A stretch of 51,799 nt of DNA, from NCBI GenBank assembly GCA_003484685.1, contig DNBB01000031.1, positions 7,713 to 59,511 on the forward strand, written 5' to 3'. The stretch is from Candidatus Babelota bacterium (GTDB lineage Bacteria; Babelota; Babeliae; Babelales; Babelaceae). Each line of letters opens with the position of its first letter. Positions within the stretch are counted from its first letter, which is position 1. Shown in pieces: positions 1 to 10,514 of this stretch. A program made the position numbers and the translations under genes. The notes under the pieces are model-generated. The model was not told where the DNA came from. It saw only the letters and a list, made by a program, of their open reading frames with translations, and did not search any database.

Positions 1-1
1 T

Positions 2-424
2 ACGATTTTGCAAGGAGAATGTGCTCGCGAATATGCACTTGTTTTGTTTGCGGTTTATCAAAAAATTTTGTGGAAGCTTAGTCAACAGCCTGAAACAAGA
101 ATCGCGCTTATTGGACTTTTTTCTTTGTACATGAAACTAAGAGCAATTCCACTTATCGAGTTATTTGCTGCGCTTGATCGTTGTTTGGTAATCTACAAGG
201 AAATTTTGGAAGATTATTCCTTTCCCTTTCATGATGTTTCTCACATGCGAAGCTGGTTGCGCGAGCATTGGTTTTTACCCGTAATATTTATGCTCAGTGG
301 TCTATGGGCTTTGAGAGAGTGGAAAGCGCGAAAGACGCGGAGCACCGCGCCAGCTGCATCTGCCTCTATACAGTCTCGAACTTCTATCTTTATTGAACAT
401 CAGGTTGGACGCCGCGAGGGGTAA
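2..424 (+). CDS. hypothetical protein, 5' partial (frame open to window edge)
   Basis: Track ORF 8..424 starts at TTG, and the frame stays open back to nt 2. It has hydrophobic stretches and no motif I recognise. Confidence 0.45.
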   Translation, partial: TILQGECAREYALVLFAVYQKILWKLSQQPETRIALIGLFSLYMKLRAIPLIELFAALDRCLVIYKEILEDYSFPFHDVSHMRSWLREHWFLPVIFMLSGLWALREWKARKTRSTAPAASASIQSRTSIFIEHQVGRREG

Positions 425-522
425 ACAAGTTCTGTCATTTTTTTAAAAAAATGCTAGGATGCGAAAAAGGGTGAGGCTGTGCTAATGCAGAGCAGGTTTG
501 CTTTGTAAAAGGAGAGGTTGCG

Positions 523-1017
523 ATGTTCCACTGTAATGAAAAGGTTGTATATCCAGGGCATGGTGTAGCATTCATAAATCAGATCATCGAGAAAAACATT
601 GGTGGAACAAACATAAAATTCTATGAATTAGTGTTTTTAAACAAGGAAGTTACAGTTCTTGTCCCAATGAGCAATGCAGAAGCTATCGGAATTCGCAGTT
701 TATGTTCTTTTGATGAGGTTTCCCAGGTTTTTGATACGCTTGCTCAAAAGCCTATAAAAAAGGCGGGGTATGCAGGGCACTTATTAAGTTGGAACAAAAG
801 AAGCAAAAATTATCAAGCTAAGCTGAGAACAGGAAGCTTACTACAACTTACCGAAATCTATAAGGAATTATTAACAACAGAAAAGGAAAAGCCATTGTCT
901 TTTGGGGAGCGGCACTTACTTGCTCAAACTGAATGTCTACTAGTTGAAGAAATTGCCCTTGTGCATGACATTGACCGTGATGAGGTTGTCAGCAAGTTAC
1001 GTGCAGCAAGTGCCTAA
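523..1017 (+). CDS. carD: CarD/CdnL-family RNA-polymerase-binding transcription regulator
   Basis: The 164-aa size is typical. The N-terminus (KVVYPGHGVAFI..IKFYELVFLNKEVTVLVP) fits the CarD_CdnL_TRCF domain. SD aaaggagagg lies upstream. Confidence 0.8.
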   Translation: MFHCNEKVVYPGHGVAFINQIIEKNIGGTNIKFYELVFLNKEVTVLVPMSNAEAIGIRSLCSFDEVSQVFDTLAQKPIKKAGYAGHLLSWNKRSKNYQAKLRTGSLLQLTEIYKELLTTEKEKPLSFGERHLLAQTECLLVEEIALVHDIDRDEVVSKLRAASA

Positions 1018-1060
1018 ATTGCGTGGCGAAAAATTTTTGTATTAACTTTCGCCATATCAT

Positions 1061-2002
1061 ATGAAAAAATTTTTAATAAGTGTCATTGGACCGACGGGCA
1101 GTGGCAAGACAGGTTTTGCCTTAGAATTAGCAAAACATTTTCCCATAGAGATTGTAAATGCTGACATTGGCCAAATGTACAGGCCATTTACCATTGGTGT
1201 TGCTCAGCCTACCGATCAAGAGAAGCGTATTTGTTCGCATCATCTTTTTCAATTTATTCTAGAACCGGCAGATTTTTGCGTTGCAGAATATCGTCAACGA
1301 GTTGGCAAGCTGATAGAAGAAATATGGTTGCGCGGCGCTATTCCCGTGATCGTTGGCGGCTCTACATTTTATCAACAGGCACTTTTTTTTGAACAAGCGG
1401 TCGGTATCTCCTCGCAACTCCGCTGCCGGTCTGATAATACTTTTTCTGACGCTTTTTCTAATCATACCGCACTATGGGAGCAGCTCCATCTTTTTGACCC
1501 AGTGCGTGCAGCCGCTATCCATCCAAATGATTCTTATCGATTGCGTCGAGCCCTTGAGATTTGGCATGCGACAGGTAAAAAACCCTCGAGTTTCGCCCCG
1601 AAATTTTCCCCTTTGGCTTCCCAAGGTATAGCCATTTTTCTACGATTACCAAGAGAAGTATTATATGAACGTATTAATCAGCGGACCCATGAAATGCTAC
1701 AGCTGGGGTGGCTAGAAGAGGTAGCAGATTTGCCGGAGGATTGGCGGCATTTTGCTCAACGCAAAGGGTTAATTGGTTACTATGAATTGGAGCAAATGCT
1801 GGCCGATAAGCAACCAATTGAAACGACCATTTCTGCAATTCAGCAGCAAACCCGTAATTATGCAAAAAGACAAGAGACGTTTTTTAGAAAATTAAATCGG
1901 GAGCTTGCTCGCTATAAATGGCCCGAAGCATGTATTTGTGACTTGACTTTGTCTAACCTTAATTTATATATAAAACAGATAAAATCGATGTATGAATCTT
2001 AA
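1061..2002 (+). CDS. miaA: tRNA dimethylallyltransferase
   Basis: P-loop GPTGSGKT, IVNADIGQMY and IVGGSTFY motifs; 313 aa. Confidence 0.9.
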   Translation: MKKFLISVIGPTGSGKTGFALELAKHFPIEIVNADIGQMYRPFTIGVAQPTDQEKRICSHHLFQFILEPADFCVAEYRQRVGKLIEEIWLRGAIPVIVGGSTFYQQALFFEQAVGISSQLRCRSDNTFSDAFSNHTALWEQLHLFDPVRAAAIHPNDSYRLRRALEIWHATGKKPSSFAPKFSPLASQGIAIFLRLPREVLYERINQRTHEMLQLGWLEEVADLPEDWRHFAQRKGLIGYYELEQMLADKQPIETTISAIQQQTRNYAKRQETFFRKLNRELARYKWPEACICDLTLSNLNLYIKQIKSMYES

Positions 2003-2028
2003 AGTGAGGTTGTGTGTATGGTAGTTTA

Positions 2029-2096
2029 ACCACTAGTTCGGCATATTCTTTGCCGTATTGATCTCGTGGTTTGGTTTTCTTTTTTTAAATCGTAAA
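2029..2096 (+). terminator. nested hairpin plus U-rich tract downstream of miaA
   Basis: accac(..cggca tattctt tgccg..)gtggt is followed by ttggttttcttttttt. Confidence 0.4.
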
Positions 2097-2107
2097 TACA
2101 GGATTAT

Positions 2108-2422
2108 ATGAGTAAAAAAAATGAGCCATTTTTTCAGCTAAGTGAGCGCGAAGTTATGATTGGCATACTTCTTGTTTTTGCCAGCTGTTTTTGCCTCTTT
2201 TTTGCAGGGTATGTGTGGGGAAGATATTCTACTTACCAACAAAGTGCACGGGACTTCTCCATGGAGTTAAGGCGTTCTCTTCATGCGTATACTAGCGGCT
2301 CATTTGATGTCTCAGGGGATGATCCTTTAATTGAAGATTTTGATTCTGACAACAACGGAGAAGGTGGAGAAGGTGAACGGTTTGTGGCCGAAGATTCCGA
2401 AAGCTTGAGCAAAGAGCAATAA
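2108..2422 (+). CDS. small single-pass membrane protein with acidic C-terminus
   Basis: 104 aa with one TM (IGILLVFASCFCLFFAGYVW) and an Asp/Glu/Gly-rich tail. No known motif. Confidence 0.55.
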   Translation: MSKKNEPFFQLSEREVMIGILLVFASCFCLFFAGYVWGRYSTYQQSARDFSMELRRSLHAYTSGSFDVSGDDPLIEDFDSDNNGEGGEGERFVAEDSESLSKEQ

Positions 2423-2504
2423 AGATAAACAAAGGATAAAATCTTTTTCATTGGCGTTTTTGATGAGGAAGATGCAATAAGACATTTTTAAAGGCGGAGA
2501 AGGT

Positions 2505-4184
2505 ATGGAATCAGCAATGAGGCGGCGTTTAGGGCAGCGGATGTGGAAGGCGATATTGTGGCTACTTCTTTTTTCGCTTGCGGGCACATCGTTTATTGGC
2601 ATCTTGTATCAGGTTTTTGGTTCAGGTAAAAATCAGTATGTTTTAGAGGTTAATGGAATCAAGATTACGCGTGCAGATTTGGCCTATCAGACGCAATCTC
2701 TTCAGGAAAAAATCCACATCATCCGAACGCAGACGGGTGAGTATGCCGATTTTATTCTGCAACAAAATGGGTTGCTTGGTCAGCCGCAAGCTATCGCTTT
2801 AGATCGTTTAGTTGCGCGCGCTGTTGCGCTATATGGTGCTCAAAAATCAGGCATTAGATATATTTCACCAAGTTATGCAGCAGAAAAGCTTGATGATCCA
2901 AACTTTGTTTTTACTCGGCTAAGTGATATTCTTCCGGCATACCTTCTTCAAGGATACGGTCGGCTGAACCGGCAATCCCTTGATGAATTTTTTAGGCGTT
3001 CTCCAGAATTGGCAGCTCGATTTGATGCTCTATACATGGCTACTTTACAGGAAGATCTTTTTAACCAAATCCTTGAAGGTGTGGCCTATATTCCTACAGT
3101 TTGCAAATTATGGAATAAGAAATTAGCAGAAAGTATGCGTACGTATGGGGTGTACGCTCTTTCAAAGTCAGCTTTCACCAAAGAAGCCGCAGCTGAAGAG
3201 CATGAGGATGTTTTAAAAGAGTTTTTCAAGCAAGAAAACTTACATCGTCGGTATTGGAGCGAAGAAGGACGGGCTGGCACTGCATGGCGCTTTGCTCCGC
3301 AAAAATATGGGGTAATTGTTTCTGATGTTGCCATGCGGAGATATTTTGCAGATCGCGCAAAAACAGGGTTTAAAGATAAGAAATTTGAATCTGTAAAAGA
3401 TGAAATATATACGCATCTTCTTAAAGACCAGTTTAAAAAACTTTTTTCTATAGAAGCTAAGGCTTATATAGGCGCCAATACCGCTGCGGGCTTTGCCGCT
3501 TTTGCTGAAAAAAAACACGGCGCTATGTCAAAGATTGCACCCATCAACAAATCGGCCGCTGATTCACTGGCAGCTCGAGCGCTTTTTTCTATTGTTAGAG
3601 AAGGTGGACGCTCTTTCTTTATTGATGAGGATGGTAGCGGCGTTATTGTCGAGTTAAACGAACTTAATCCTAGCAAAGAGCATCCTTTTGAAGACGTAGT
3701 AGCTATGGTTCGTTCGAATTGGGTAGATACTCAAGCGGCGAATAAGCTTGCCGCCGCTGCAGAAGATATTCTAAAAAATCTTCAGAATCAAGAAGAACTC
3801 AAAAAGCTTCTTCAGAAATATCATGCGAAAACGGGTTCAACCTTTACGGCGAGCGCCCTAGATCAAGAGCGTTGGGAAAAGATAGAAAAGGAGAAGATGC
3901 CAGTTGCGCAAATGAAGCGTATGGGACACCCTGGGTATGGCGTAATTTCTCAGATAGATCAGGATCGCTTGCAAATTGTATTTTTGAGTGAAATTAACAC
4001 GGAAATCACAGAAAACAGCGCGAGCCAAATTGCCGCAGATATAAGCAAGGAGAATGCACAAGAACTGCGTGTAATGAAGATGGTGGTGTCAAAAGATGTG
4101 CTGGCCGTTTTAAAAGATTCTGCTAAAATTAAACAGTATAAGGAAGAAAAAACAACTGATATTTCATCATACTTTGCAGAGTGA
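2505..4184 (+). CDS. membrane-anchored periplasmic chaperone, PpiD/SurA-N-like
   Basis: 559 aa. An N-terminal TM (WKAILWLLLFSLAGTSFIGIL) is followed by a long helical region. The architecture resembles PpiD, but the functional call is tentative. Confidence 0.5.
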   Translation: MESAMRRRLGQRMWKAILWLLLFSLAGTSFIGILYQVFGSGKNQYVLEVNGIKITRADLAYQTQSLQEKIHIIRTQTGEYADFILQQNGLLGQPQAIALDRLVARAVALYGAQKSGIRYISPSYAAEKLDDPNFVFTRLSDILPAYLLQGYGRLNRQSLDEFFRRSPELAARFDALYMATLQEDLFNQILEGVAYIPTVCKLWNKKLAESMRTYGVYALSKSAFTKEAAAEEHEDVLKEFFKQENLHRRYWSEEGRAGTAWRFAPQKYGVIVSDVAMRRYFADRAKTGFKDKKFESVKDEIYTHLLKDQFKKLFSIEAKAYIGANTAAGFAAFAEKKHGAMSKIAPINKSAADSLAARALFSIVREGGRSFFIDEDGSGVIVELNELNPSKEHPFEDVVAMVRSNWVDTQAANKLAAAAEDILKNLQNQEELKKLLQKYHAKTGSTFTASALDQERWEKIEKEKMPVAQMKRMGHPGYGVISQIDQDRLQIVFLSEINTEITENSASQIAADISKENAQELRVMKMVVSKDVLAVLKDSAKIKQYKEEKTTDISSYFAE

Positions 4185-4190
4185 TTTTCC

Positions 4191-5276
4191 GTGGCAGAAG
4201 AAAGAAAAACAATAAATAAAAACTCATCCGTCGAGCGTCGTCAAGCGCTCGACGCAGTTTTTGCACACATCGACAAGCAGTATGGCAAAGGTTCGATCAT
4301 GTTGCTGGGACAAGCTCCCCTTATAACAGTTGATACAATTTCAACCGGTAGCTTGCTTATCGACGAAGCAATTGGTGTTGGTGGTTTGCCGCGTGGTAGA
4401 ATTGTAGAAGTTTATGGGCCTGAAGCATCTGGTAAAACGACTATTGCGCTTCAAGTTATAGCCCAAGCCCAAAAGAATGGCGGTATCTGCGCGTTTGTAG
4501 ACGCCGAACATGCGCTTGACCCACAATATGCTGCTGCGCTTGGTATCAACATACAAGACCTGGTTATTTCTCAGCCGGATTACGGCGAACAGGCGCTTGA
4601 TATTGTTGAAATGCTTGTGCGTTCAGGAGCGCTAGATGTTGTTGTAATTGACTCCGTAGCAGCGCTTGTTCCTAAGACAGAGCTTGAAGGCGATATGGGG
4701 GACCAACATATTGGTTTGCAGGCTCGTTTAATGTCACAAGCCCTTCGTAAACTAACTCCTGTCGTGCACAAGTCAAAAACTGTACTCATTTTTATCAATC
4801 AAGTGCGACAAAACATCTCAGCCATGGCATTTGCGCCAAAAGAAACAACAACCGGTGGAAAGGCGCTTAAATTCTACGCTTCACTGCGACTTGATGTTCG
4901 CCGTGTCGAGGGAATTAAGAGCAAGGATGGCGGTAGTGATGTGGGGAATCGTGTTCAAATAAAAATTGCAAAAAACAAGGTCGCTCCCCCTTTCAAGGTT
5001 GTCCGTGTCGATTTAATTTTCGGTAAAGGCGTAGCTGCTGAATATGATTTGTTAGATATGGCCCTTTTAAAAGGGATTATTAAAAAGTCCGGCTCCTGGT
5101 TTTCTTTTGATGGGGAAAAGATTGGGCAGGGACGTGATGCTGTAGCAGAACAGCTAAAAAATAATAAAGATTTGTTTGAGACCCTCAAGGAGCGTGTTAT
5201 GGCAACAAAAGAGTTGCCACATACAGAAGAGCTCAAATCGCTTGAGGAAAACGCTGAAGAGGAAAGCGCAGAATGA
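4191..5276 (+). CDS. recA: recombinase RecA
   Basis: Walker [17 protein letters not shown] and [19 protein letters not shown]; GTG start. Confidence 0.97.
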   Translation: MAEERKTINKNSSVERRQALDAVFAHIDKQYGKGSIMLLGQAPLITVDTISTGSLLIDEAIGVGGLPRGRIVEVYGPEASGKTTIALQVIAQAQKNGGICAFVDAEHALDPQYAAALGINIQDLVISQPDYGEQALDIVEMLVRSGALDVVVIDSVAALVPKTELEGDMGDQHIGLQARLMSQALRKLTPVVHKSKTVLIFINQVRQNISAMAFAPKETTTGGKALKFYASLRLDVRRVEGIKSKDGGSDVGNRVQIKIAKNKVAPPFKVVRVDLIFGKGVAAEYDLLDMALLKGIIKKSGSWFSFDGEKIGQGRDAVAEQLKNNKDLFETLKERVMATKELPHTEELKSLEENAEEESAE

Positions 5277-5821
5277 TTGGAAAAGAAAAACGTGATTTGC
5301 CTTTGGCTAATGAGCGTATTCGGTTTGATAAGATGCAGTTAATTGATCAAGATGGTGAAAATCGCGGTGTAATTAGTCGCAGCGAAGCACTTTCAATAGC
5401 GCGTAGCGCACAACTTGATCTTGTTCTTATCGCTGAACGCGGCGGCGCAGGCTTTCCTGTCGTTAAGGTTATGGATCTTGGCAAGATGCTCTATGAAAAA
5501 AAGAAGCAGGTTAACGAAGCAAAAAAGAAGCAGCATGTTATTCAGGTAAAAGAACTCAAGATGCGGCCTAAAATAGCAGATCATGACTTTCTTACTAAGA
5601 TGAAGCGCGCTGTTGAGTTTCTTCAAGAAGGTAAACATGTTAAAGTTACCCTGGTTTTCCGTGGTCGAGAAGCAACGATGAAGGATGAAGTTGGACGAGA
5701 ATTTTTCCAGCGAATAATGGACGTTATTTCTTCAGCTGATTACAATGGAAGAACAGTAGCACAAGAGAGTGATTCACACGCCGGTTCCTTATGGTCCCGT
5801 GTATTTGTATTGCGTAAGTAG
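5273..5821 (+). CDS. infC: translation initiation factor IF-3
   Basis: [18 protein letters not shown].. and [14 protein letters not shown].. match the IF-3 N and C domains. Its start overlaps the recA stop as ATGA. Confidence 0.92.
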   Translation: MIGKEKRDLPLANERIRFDKMQLIDQDGENRGVISRSEALSIARSAQLDLVLIAERGGAGFPVVKVMDLGKMLYEKKKQVNEAKKKQHVIQVKELKMRPKIADHDFLTKMKRAVEFLQEGKHVKVTLVFRGREATMKDEVGREFFQRIMDVISSADYNGRTVAQESDSHAGSLWSRVFVLRK

Positions 5822-5837
5822 TTTCAAGAGAGTTTTT

Positions 5838-6029
5838 ATGGCATATAAATTAAAAACACATTCAGGCGCACGTAAACGATTTAAAAAGTTAAAGTCTGGT
5901 CGTATCAAGCGAGCGCAAGCTTTTCGTCGTCATCTTTTGACGGATAAGGCAGCAAAACGCAAGCGCGATTTGCGTAAAACGGCTTTTATCAGCAGTGCTG
6001 ATGCAGGGCACTTAAAGGGATTGATTTAA
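5838..6029 (+). CDS. rpmI: 50S ribosomal protein L35
   Basis: [26 protein letters not shown] moved the start to the internal ATG at 5838, because track ORF 5769..6029 begins inside infC. Confidence 0.93.
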   Translation: MAYKLKTHSGARKRFKKLKSGRIKRAQAFRRHLLTDKAAKRKRDLRKTAFISSADAGHLKGLI

Positions 6030-6062
6030 AATCTTATAATATAGACTCGATAAGGAAGAACA

Positions 6063-6413
6063 ATGACACGAGTAAAACGCGGTGTAATGACTAAAAAGCG
6101 TCATAAAAAAATTTTAAAACGAGCTGAAGGTTATTGGGGGCAGCGAAAAAATGTGCTCCAGCGTGCGCGCGAGACTGTTTATCGTGCACTTGCCTATGCA
6201 ACTAAGGGACGCAAGCTTTTAAAGCGCGACATGCGCGCTCTTTTTATCGCTCGTATTTCGGCAGCAGCTAAAGCTCACGATACCTCGTATAGCCGTTTAA
6301 TGCATGGACTTAAGGTAAACAGTATTTCCTTGAATCGAAAGATGCTCAGTCAGTTGGCATGTTTTGATTCAGTGGCATTTTCTGAAGTAGTGCGCGTTGC
6401 CAAACTTGCTTGA
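6063..6413 (+). CDS. rplT: 50S ribosomal protein L20
   Basis: MTRVKRGVMTKKRHKKILKRAEGYWG; 116 aa. Confidence 0.95.
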   Translation: MTRVKRGVMTKKRHKKILKRAEGYWGQRKNVLQRARETVYRALAYATKGRKLLKRDMRALFIARISAAAKAHDTSYSRLMHGLKVNSISLNRKMLSQLACFDSVAFSEVVRVAKLA

Positions 6414-6481
6414 CATATAAGGAGGCTTCTGACTAAGATCAGCTGAAAGGTTTGGAGGCGATCAAAAGGGGAGCTTCACTA

Positions 6482-6757
6482 ATGGAAGTATTGCGAATTC
6501 TTGAGGAAAAGATTGCACAGTTAATTCAAAAAAAACGTGAAGATGCCGAGCAAATTTCTCAATTAAAGGCTCAGGTAAGTTTACTAGAAGATGAACAAGA
6601 GCGTTTCCTTCAGGAAAAACAAAAACTTGAGGAAACGCTCTTGTTGCGTAGTAATAAAGATGCTGAGCTGGATGAAGAGCGGGAAATTGCGCGCATGGCA
6701 GTTGATGAATTGATTCAGAATATCGACTCTGTCTTAGAGCAAGAGCTTGCCCAATGA
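6482..6757 (+). CDS. ZapB-like / ZapA-associated coiled-coil protein
   Basis: About 91 aa of continuous heptad coiled coil. The ATG at 6482 is preceded by aaaggggag, whereas the track start at 6452 is TTG. Its stop overlaps the zapA start (ATGA). Confidence 0.55.
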   Translation: MEVLRILEEKIAQLIQKKREDAEQISQLKAQVSLLEDEQERFLQEKQKLEETLLLRSNKDAELDEEREIARMAVDELIQNIDSVLEQELAQ

Positions 6758-7035
6758 TTGAAAATGCAGCGCAAGCACGCGTTACAGTTTTTGGAGAGAG
6801 CTTTACATTGTTGAGCGATGAACAAATTGAGCTTGTAGAGAAAGCTGCACAGCGTGTTGATGAATTAATGAATCAATTTGCTCATGGTGTGCGCATTCCA
6901 GACGCAAAGCGTTTAGCAATGCTTGCGGCTATACAATTAGCACATGATTTGCAGAAACGTGAATTGGCACACCAGGACTTTACTTCTTCTGTTCAGGCTC
7001 TGGTCGCAACAGTTGCTAACGAGATAAGCTGCTAA
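6754..7035 (+). CDS. zapA: cell division protein ZapA
   Basis: 93 aa. VTVFGESFTLLSDE..VDELMNQF..AMLAAIQLAHDL fits the ZapA fold family. Confidence 0.8.
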   Translation: MIENAAQARVTVFGESFTLLSDEQIELVEKAAQRVDELMNQFAHGVRIPDAKRLAMLAAIQLAHDLQKRELAHQDFTSSVQALVATVANEISC

Positions 7036-7104
7036 TATTGCGCTTATCATCAAGAATACGCAAGGCCTTCCATTTTGTGATTTAAACAGACGAAATGGAA
7101 AACA

Positions 7105-8679
7105 ATGATGGTAGAGTTATTAAGTTTATTGATAGGCGTGGCCGGTCTTGGACTGTTGATCTACGCCTATTTTTTGCGCTCCAAGGCGCAACAGTTATTA
7201 TATAAGGCCGAAGTCGATCGCGTTGCGGTAGAAAAAGAAATTACTGCAGAACGCCGAGAGGCAATGTTTCGGCTTAAAGATGAATTGCAAAAACGCCGCC
7301 AAGACTTTAAAAACGAGCTTAAACGTGAACAGCTAGAAATTGAAAAAGCTCAAAATAGACTGACTGCGCAACGCGAAGCGCTTAAGGAAAAAGAAGAATG
7401 GATCTCTTCAGCGCGTGCCTCAGTTCAGGAGAGCGAAAAAGAATACGTTCGGCTCATTGAGCAAGCAAAACACCTACAAGAGCAGTTGCGCGAGCAAAAT
7501 ATGGAATTATCCAAAAAGCTCGAAACCGTTGCTATGATGAGCCAAGAAGAGGCTAAAGAAGCTCTTTTCCAGGCGCTTGAAAAAGAAGTGCGCGCTTCAC
7601 ATGAGCGTTGGCTTCAAAAAATGGAAGAAGAGGTTCGCTCCACAGCCAAAGAACGAGCTTCCCGTATTCTTATTGATACCATGCAAAGATACACTTCCGA
7701 TTGTGTCGCGGGGTCCACCTCTTGTGTAATTCAACTCCCTAACGATGATATGAAGGGGCGCATTATTGGCAAAGAGGGGCGAAACATTAAGGTTCTCGAG
7801 CTTTCGACTGGTGTTGATATTATTATTGACGATACTCCTGAGATTATTACGCTTTCTTCGTTTAACCCTGTACGCCGCGAAGTTGCGCGCCGGAGCATCG
7901 AAAAGCTTTTGGTCGATGGTCGAATTAATCCATCTCGTATCGAAGAGACTGTTTCTCAAGTAGAGCGCGAGGTTCAAGAAATTATTGCTGAAAAAGGTAA
8001 GGATGCCCTTAACAAGGTCAATGTTCATAACGTTGCGCCTGAGCTGATACAATTGTTAGGCGAATTACATTTCCGGACAAGCTTTTCTCAGGATGTTTTG
8101 GTTCACAGTATTGAAGTTGCTTCTATGGCGCGCATGCTTGCCGAAGAGTTGGGATTGCCGCGGCCAGATTTGGCAGCGCGTGCTGGCCTCTTCCATGACA
8201 TTGGCAAGGTTGTTTCATCAGAACACGAAGGTCCTCATGCTCAGGTTGGTGCAGAGATTGCTCAGCGTTGTGGCGAGGATCCAATCGTAGTTAATGCAAT
8301 TGCAGCCCACCATGAAGAAGTTCCTTTCAAAACGCCGTATGATATCCTTGTTATGATTGCCGACACCATCTCTGCATCACGTCCTGGCGCCCGTCGCGAA
8401 ACATTGGCTGCATATCTTAAACGTTTAGAGCGGCTTGAGGGCATTGCCAATGAATTTATTGGTGTTAAACGCGCCTACGCGCTTCAAGCTGGTCGCGAGA
8501 TACGTATTATTGTCGAAGAAGAGCGGCTAGGGGATTCGGAATCAACTCAATTAGCTTATGAAGTCGCACGACGTGTGGAAAGTGAAGTTAAAAACTTTCC
8601 AGGCCCAATTAAGGTTAATGTTATTCGTGAAAAGCGGACATCTCTGATGACTTCCGGAAGTAAAGAGGCGCGCTCATGA
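7105..8679 (+). CDS. rny: ribonuclease Y
   Basis: N-terminal TM, long coiled coil, KH motif GRIIGKEGRNIK and HD domain (LFHDIGK..AAHHE); 524 aa. Confidence 0.95.
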   Translation: MMVELLSLLIGVAGLGLLIYAYFLRSKAQQLLYKAEVDRVAVEKEITAERREAMFRLKDELQKRRQDFKNELKREQLEIEKAQNRLTAQREALKEKEEWISSARASVQESEKEYVRLIEQAKHLQEQLREQNMELSKKLETVAMMSQEEAKEALFQALEKEVRASHERWLQKMEEEVRSTAKERASRILIDTMQRYTSDCVAGSTSCVIQLPNDDMKGRIIGKEGRNIKVLELSTGVDIIIDDTPEIITLSSFNPVRREVARRSIEKLLVDGRINPSRIEETVSQVEREVQEIIAEKGKDALNKVNVHNVAPELIQLLGELHFRTSFSQDVLVHSIEVASMARMLAEELGLPRPDLAARAGLFHDIGKVVSSEHEGPHAQVGAEIAQRCGEDPIVVNAIAAHHEEVPFKTPYDILVMIADTISASRPGARRETLAAYLKRLERLEGIANEFIGVKRAYALQAGREIRIIVEEERLGDSESTQLAYEVARRVESEVKNFPGPIKVNVIREKRTSLMTSGSKEARS

Positions 8680-9482
8680 AAACCGTACGTATAATGTGTA
8701 TCGGTGACTTAATCGGTAAAACTGGGATTAACCTATTTAATAAGCACATTGCAACGTTAAAAAAGCAATATGCTGCAGATCTTATCGTTGTAAATGGGGA
8801 AAATTCCGCGCCTAATGGGCGCGGAATTACTTCTGCAATTGCCGAAGACTTGTTTGAGCATGGTGCCAATGTTATCACTGGTGGCAATCATAGTTTTGAT
8901 CAAAAAGAGGTATACGAATACCTTGCAGATCTTGAAAAACCAATTATTCGTCCTGCAAATTATCCCAGCGGTTGTCCTGGTAAAGGCTTTTTTATCGTTC
9001 GTTTGGCTTCGGGGAAAAAATTAGGCGTAGTTAATCTTCAAGGCCGTGTGTATTCACGTCAATTACTCGAATGCCCCTTTAAAATACTTGAAACTATGCT
9101 GACCTTTTTAAAGAGTCAAACCAATCTTATCATCGTAGATTTTCATGCTGAGGCTACCTCAGAAAAAGCGGGCTTCGCTTACTCGTTTGACGGCAAAGTA
9201 AGTGCTATCTTTGGCACGCACACTCATGTTCAAACTTCGGATGAGCGTATCTTGCCTGGTGGAACCGCATTCATTACCGATATTGGTATGGCAGGCTCTC
9301 TAAATTCGATGATTGGCATGAAGAAAGAACCTATCATCCACAACTTACGGACTCAACTGCCGGTAAAATTTGAGGTTGATAGCCAAGCTCCTTTTGTCTT
9401 GAGCGGGATACTGATTGAACTTGATCAAGAGTCTGGCCAGACCGTCTCGATTGAGCGTGTTTTTCGTGTTTATCAAGAATAA
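8676..9482 (+). CDS. ymdB: YmdB-like metallophosphoesterase (2',3'-cyclic-nucleotide 2'-phosphodiesterase family)
   Basis: CIGDLIGKTG, VNGENSAPNGRGIT, GGNH, DFHAEATSEK and GTHTHVQTSDE. It overlaps the rny stop as ATGA, and rny-ymdB is a conserved gene pair. Confidence 0.88.
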   Translation: MKTVRIMCIGDLIGKTGINLFNKHIATLKKQYAADLIVVNGENSAPNGRGITSAIAEDLFEHGANVITGGNHSFDQKEVYEYLADLEKPIIRPANYPSGCPGKGFFIVRLASGKKLGVVNLQGRVYSRQLLECPFKILETMLTFLKSQTNLIIVDFHAEATSEKAGFAYSFDGKVSAIFGTHTHVQTSDERILPGGTAFITDIGMAGSLNSMIGMKKEPIIHNLRTQLPVKFEVDSQAPFVLSGILIELDQESGQTVSIERVFRVYQE

Positions 9483-9501
9483 TAGTTAGGATAGTACCTG
9501 C

Positions 9502-10413
9502 ATGGCGTTTTTTTTATATATCCTTGTACTGTATACGTTTTGTGCAAGTGGTTTTACCCTTGCAAAAGGGGCGCTAGTCGCGACAACACCATTCTTTTTT
9601 GTGGCGGTACGTCTTTTGATAGCAGGCGGGGGAATGCTGACATGGTTTTTTCTGCGTGGCCATACGGCACCCATCTTAACCCGGCGCAGTTTGTTCTACT
9701 TGGCACAATTGTCAGTATTGGCAACGTATCTTGCCTTTATGTGTGATCTTTGGTCACTGCAATTTTTTACCAGTGCAGAGTCTGCATTTATTTTTAACTT
9801 TACTCCATTTATTACGGCTATCTTTTCGCGCGTTTGGTTTAAAGAAAGATTAACTGCTCGAAAATTACTCGGTATGGGGCTCGGCTTCTCGGCGGCGCTC
9901 TTACTGATAGGGTCAATGCCACGCTTTAGTGGCCAGCTGGTTTTTTCTTTGCCCTTTTTCGCCCTGTGTGTCGCCGTCATTTTGGGTGCATATGGATGGA
10001 TTGCAATGCGCGTGCTTATGCAAGAGGAGCGCCTTCCGATTAGCTTCGTCAACGGCACAAGCATGTTAATTGCAGGATTCTTGGCACTTGTTAGTTCATA
10101 TACCGCTGAGATAGCCTTTTGGCAGCCGCTTCCTATTTTTCAACCGCAGCTCTTTGTAATGGTGACCGTAAGCGCTGTTGTCTTAGTCAATATTTGTTTT
10201 ACCAACCTCTATTCATATCTCCTGCGTCGATATACCGCAACGTTGCTTTCATGTGCTGGGCTCATTTGCCCCTTTATTGTGAGCTTCTTTGGTAGATTGT
10301 TTCTTGGTGAATCACTGCAGATTGGCTTTTTCGTAGCGCTGATTGTTTTTAGCCTAGGTCTGCTACTGTTTTATTCGGAAGAGTTGCGGCAAGGGTATTA
10401 TAAGTTATATTAA
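9502..10413 (+). CDS. DMT-superfamily (EamA-like) transporter
   Basis: 303 aa with about 10 hydrophobic helices in two similar halves. Confidence 0.75.
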   Translation: MAFFLYILVLYTFCASGFTLAKGALVATTPFFFVAVRLLIAGGGMLTWFFLRGHTAPILTRRSLFYLAQLSVLATYLAFMCDLWSLQFFTSAESAFIFNFTPFITAIFSRVWFKERLTARKLLGMGLGFSAALLLIGSMPRFSGQLVFSLPFFALCVAVILGAYGWIAMRVLMQEERLPISFVNGTSMLIAGFLALVSSYTAEIAFWQPLPIFQPQLFVMVTVSAVVLVNICFTNLYSYLLRRYTATLLSCAGLICPFIVSFFGRLFLGESLQIGFFVALIVFSLGLLLFYSEELRQGYYKLY

Positions 10414-10514
10414 AAATGGCATTACAAAACAGCTGTTTTTGTGCTATTTGCCAAATTTGCTAGACTATTTTCCATCCCTAAAAGTAAATTTCTAAAATAA
10501 AACAAGAATTTTCC

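Noticed and set aside
7036-7104. I expected a 6S RNA (ssrS) downstream of zapA, as in many proteobacteria.
   Set aside because: Only 69 nt separate zapA from rny, which is far too short for a roughly 180-nt 6S RNA. Only a small hairpin is present.
10423-10445. The palindrome caaaacagctgttttg after the DMT transporter gene, as a terminator.
   Set aside because: The stem is AT-rich with essentially no loop and no clear U-tract. That is too weak to report as a feature.
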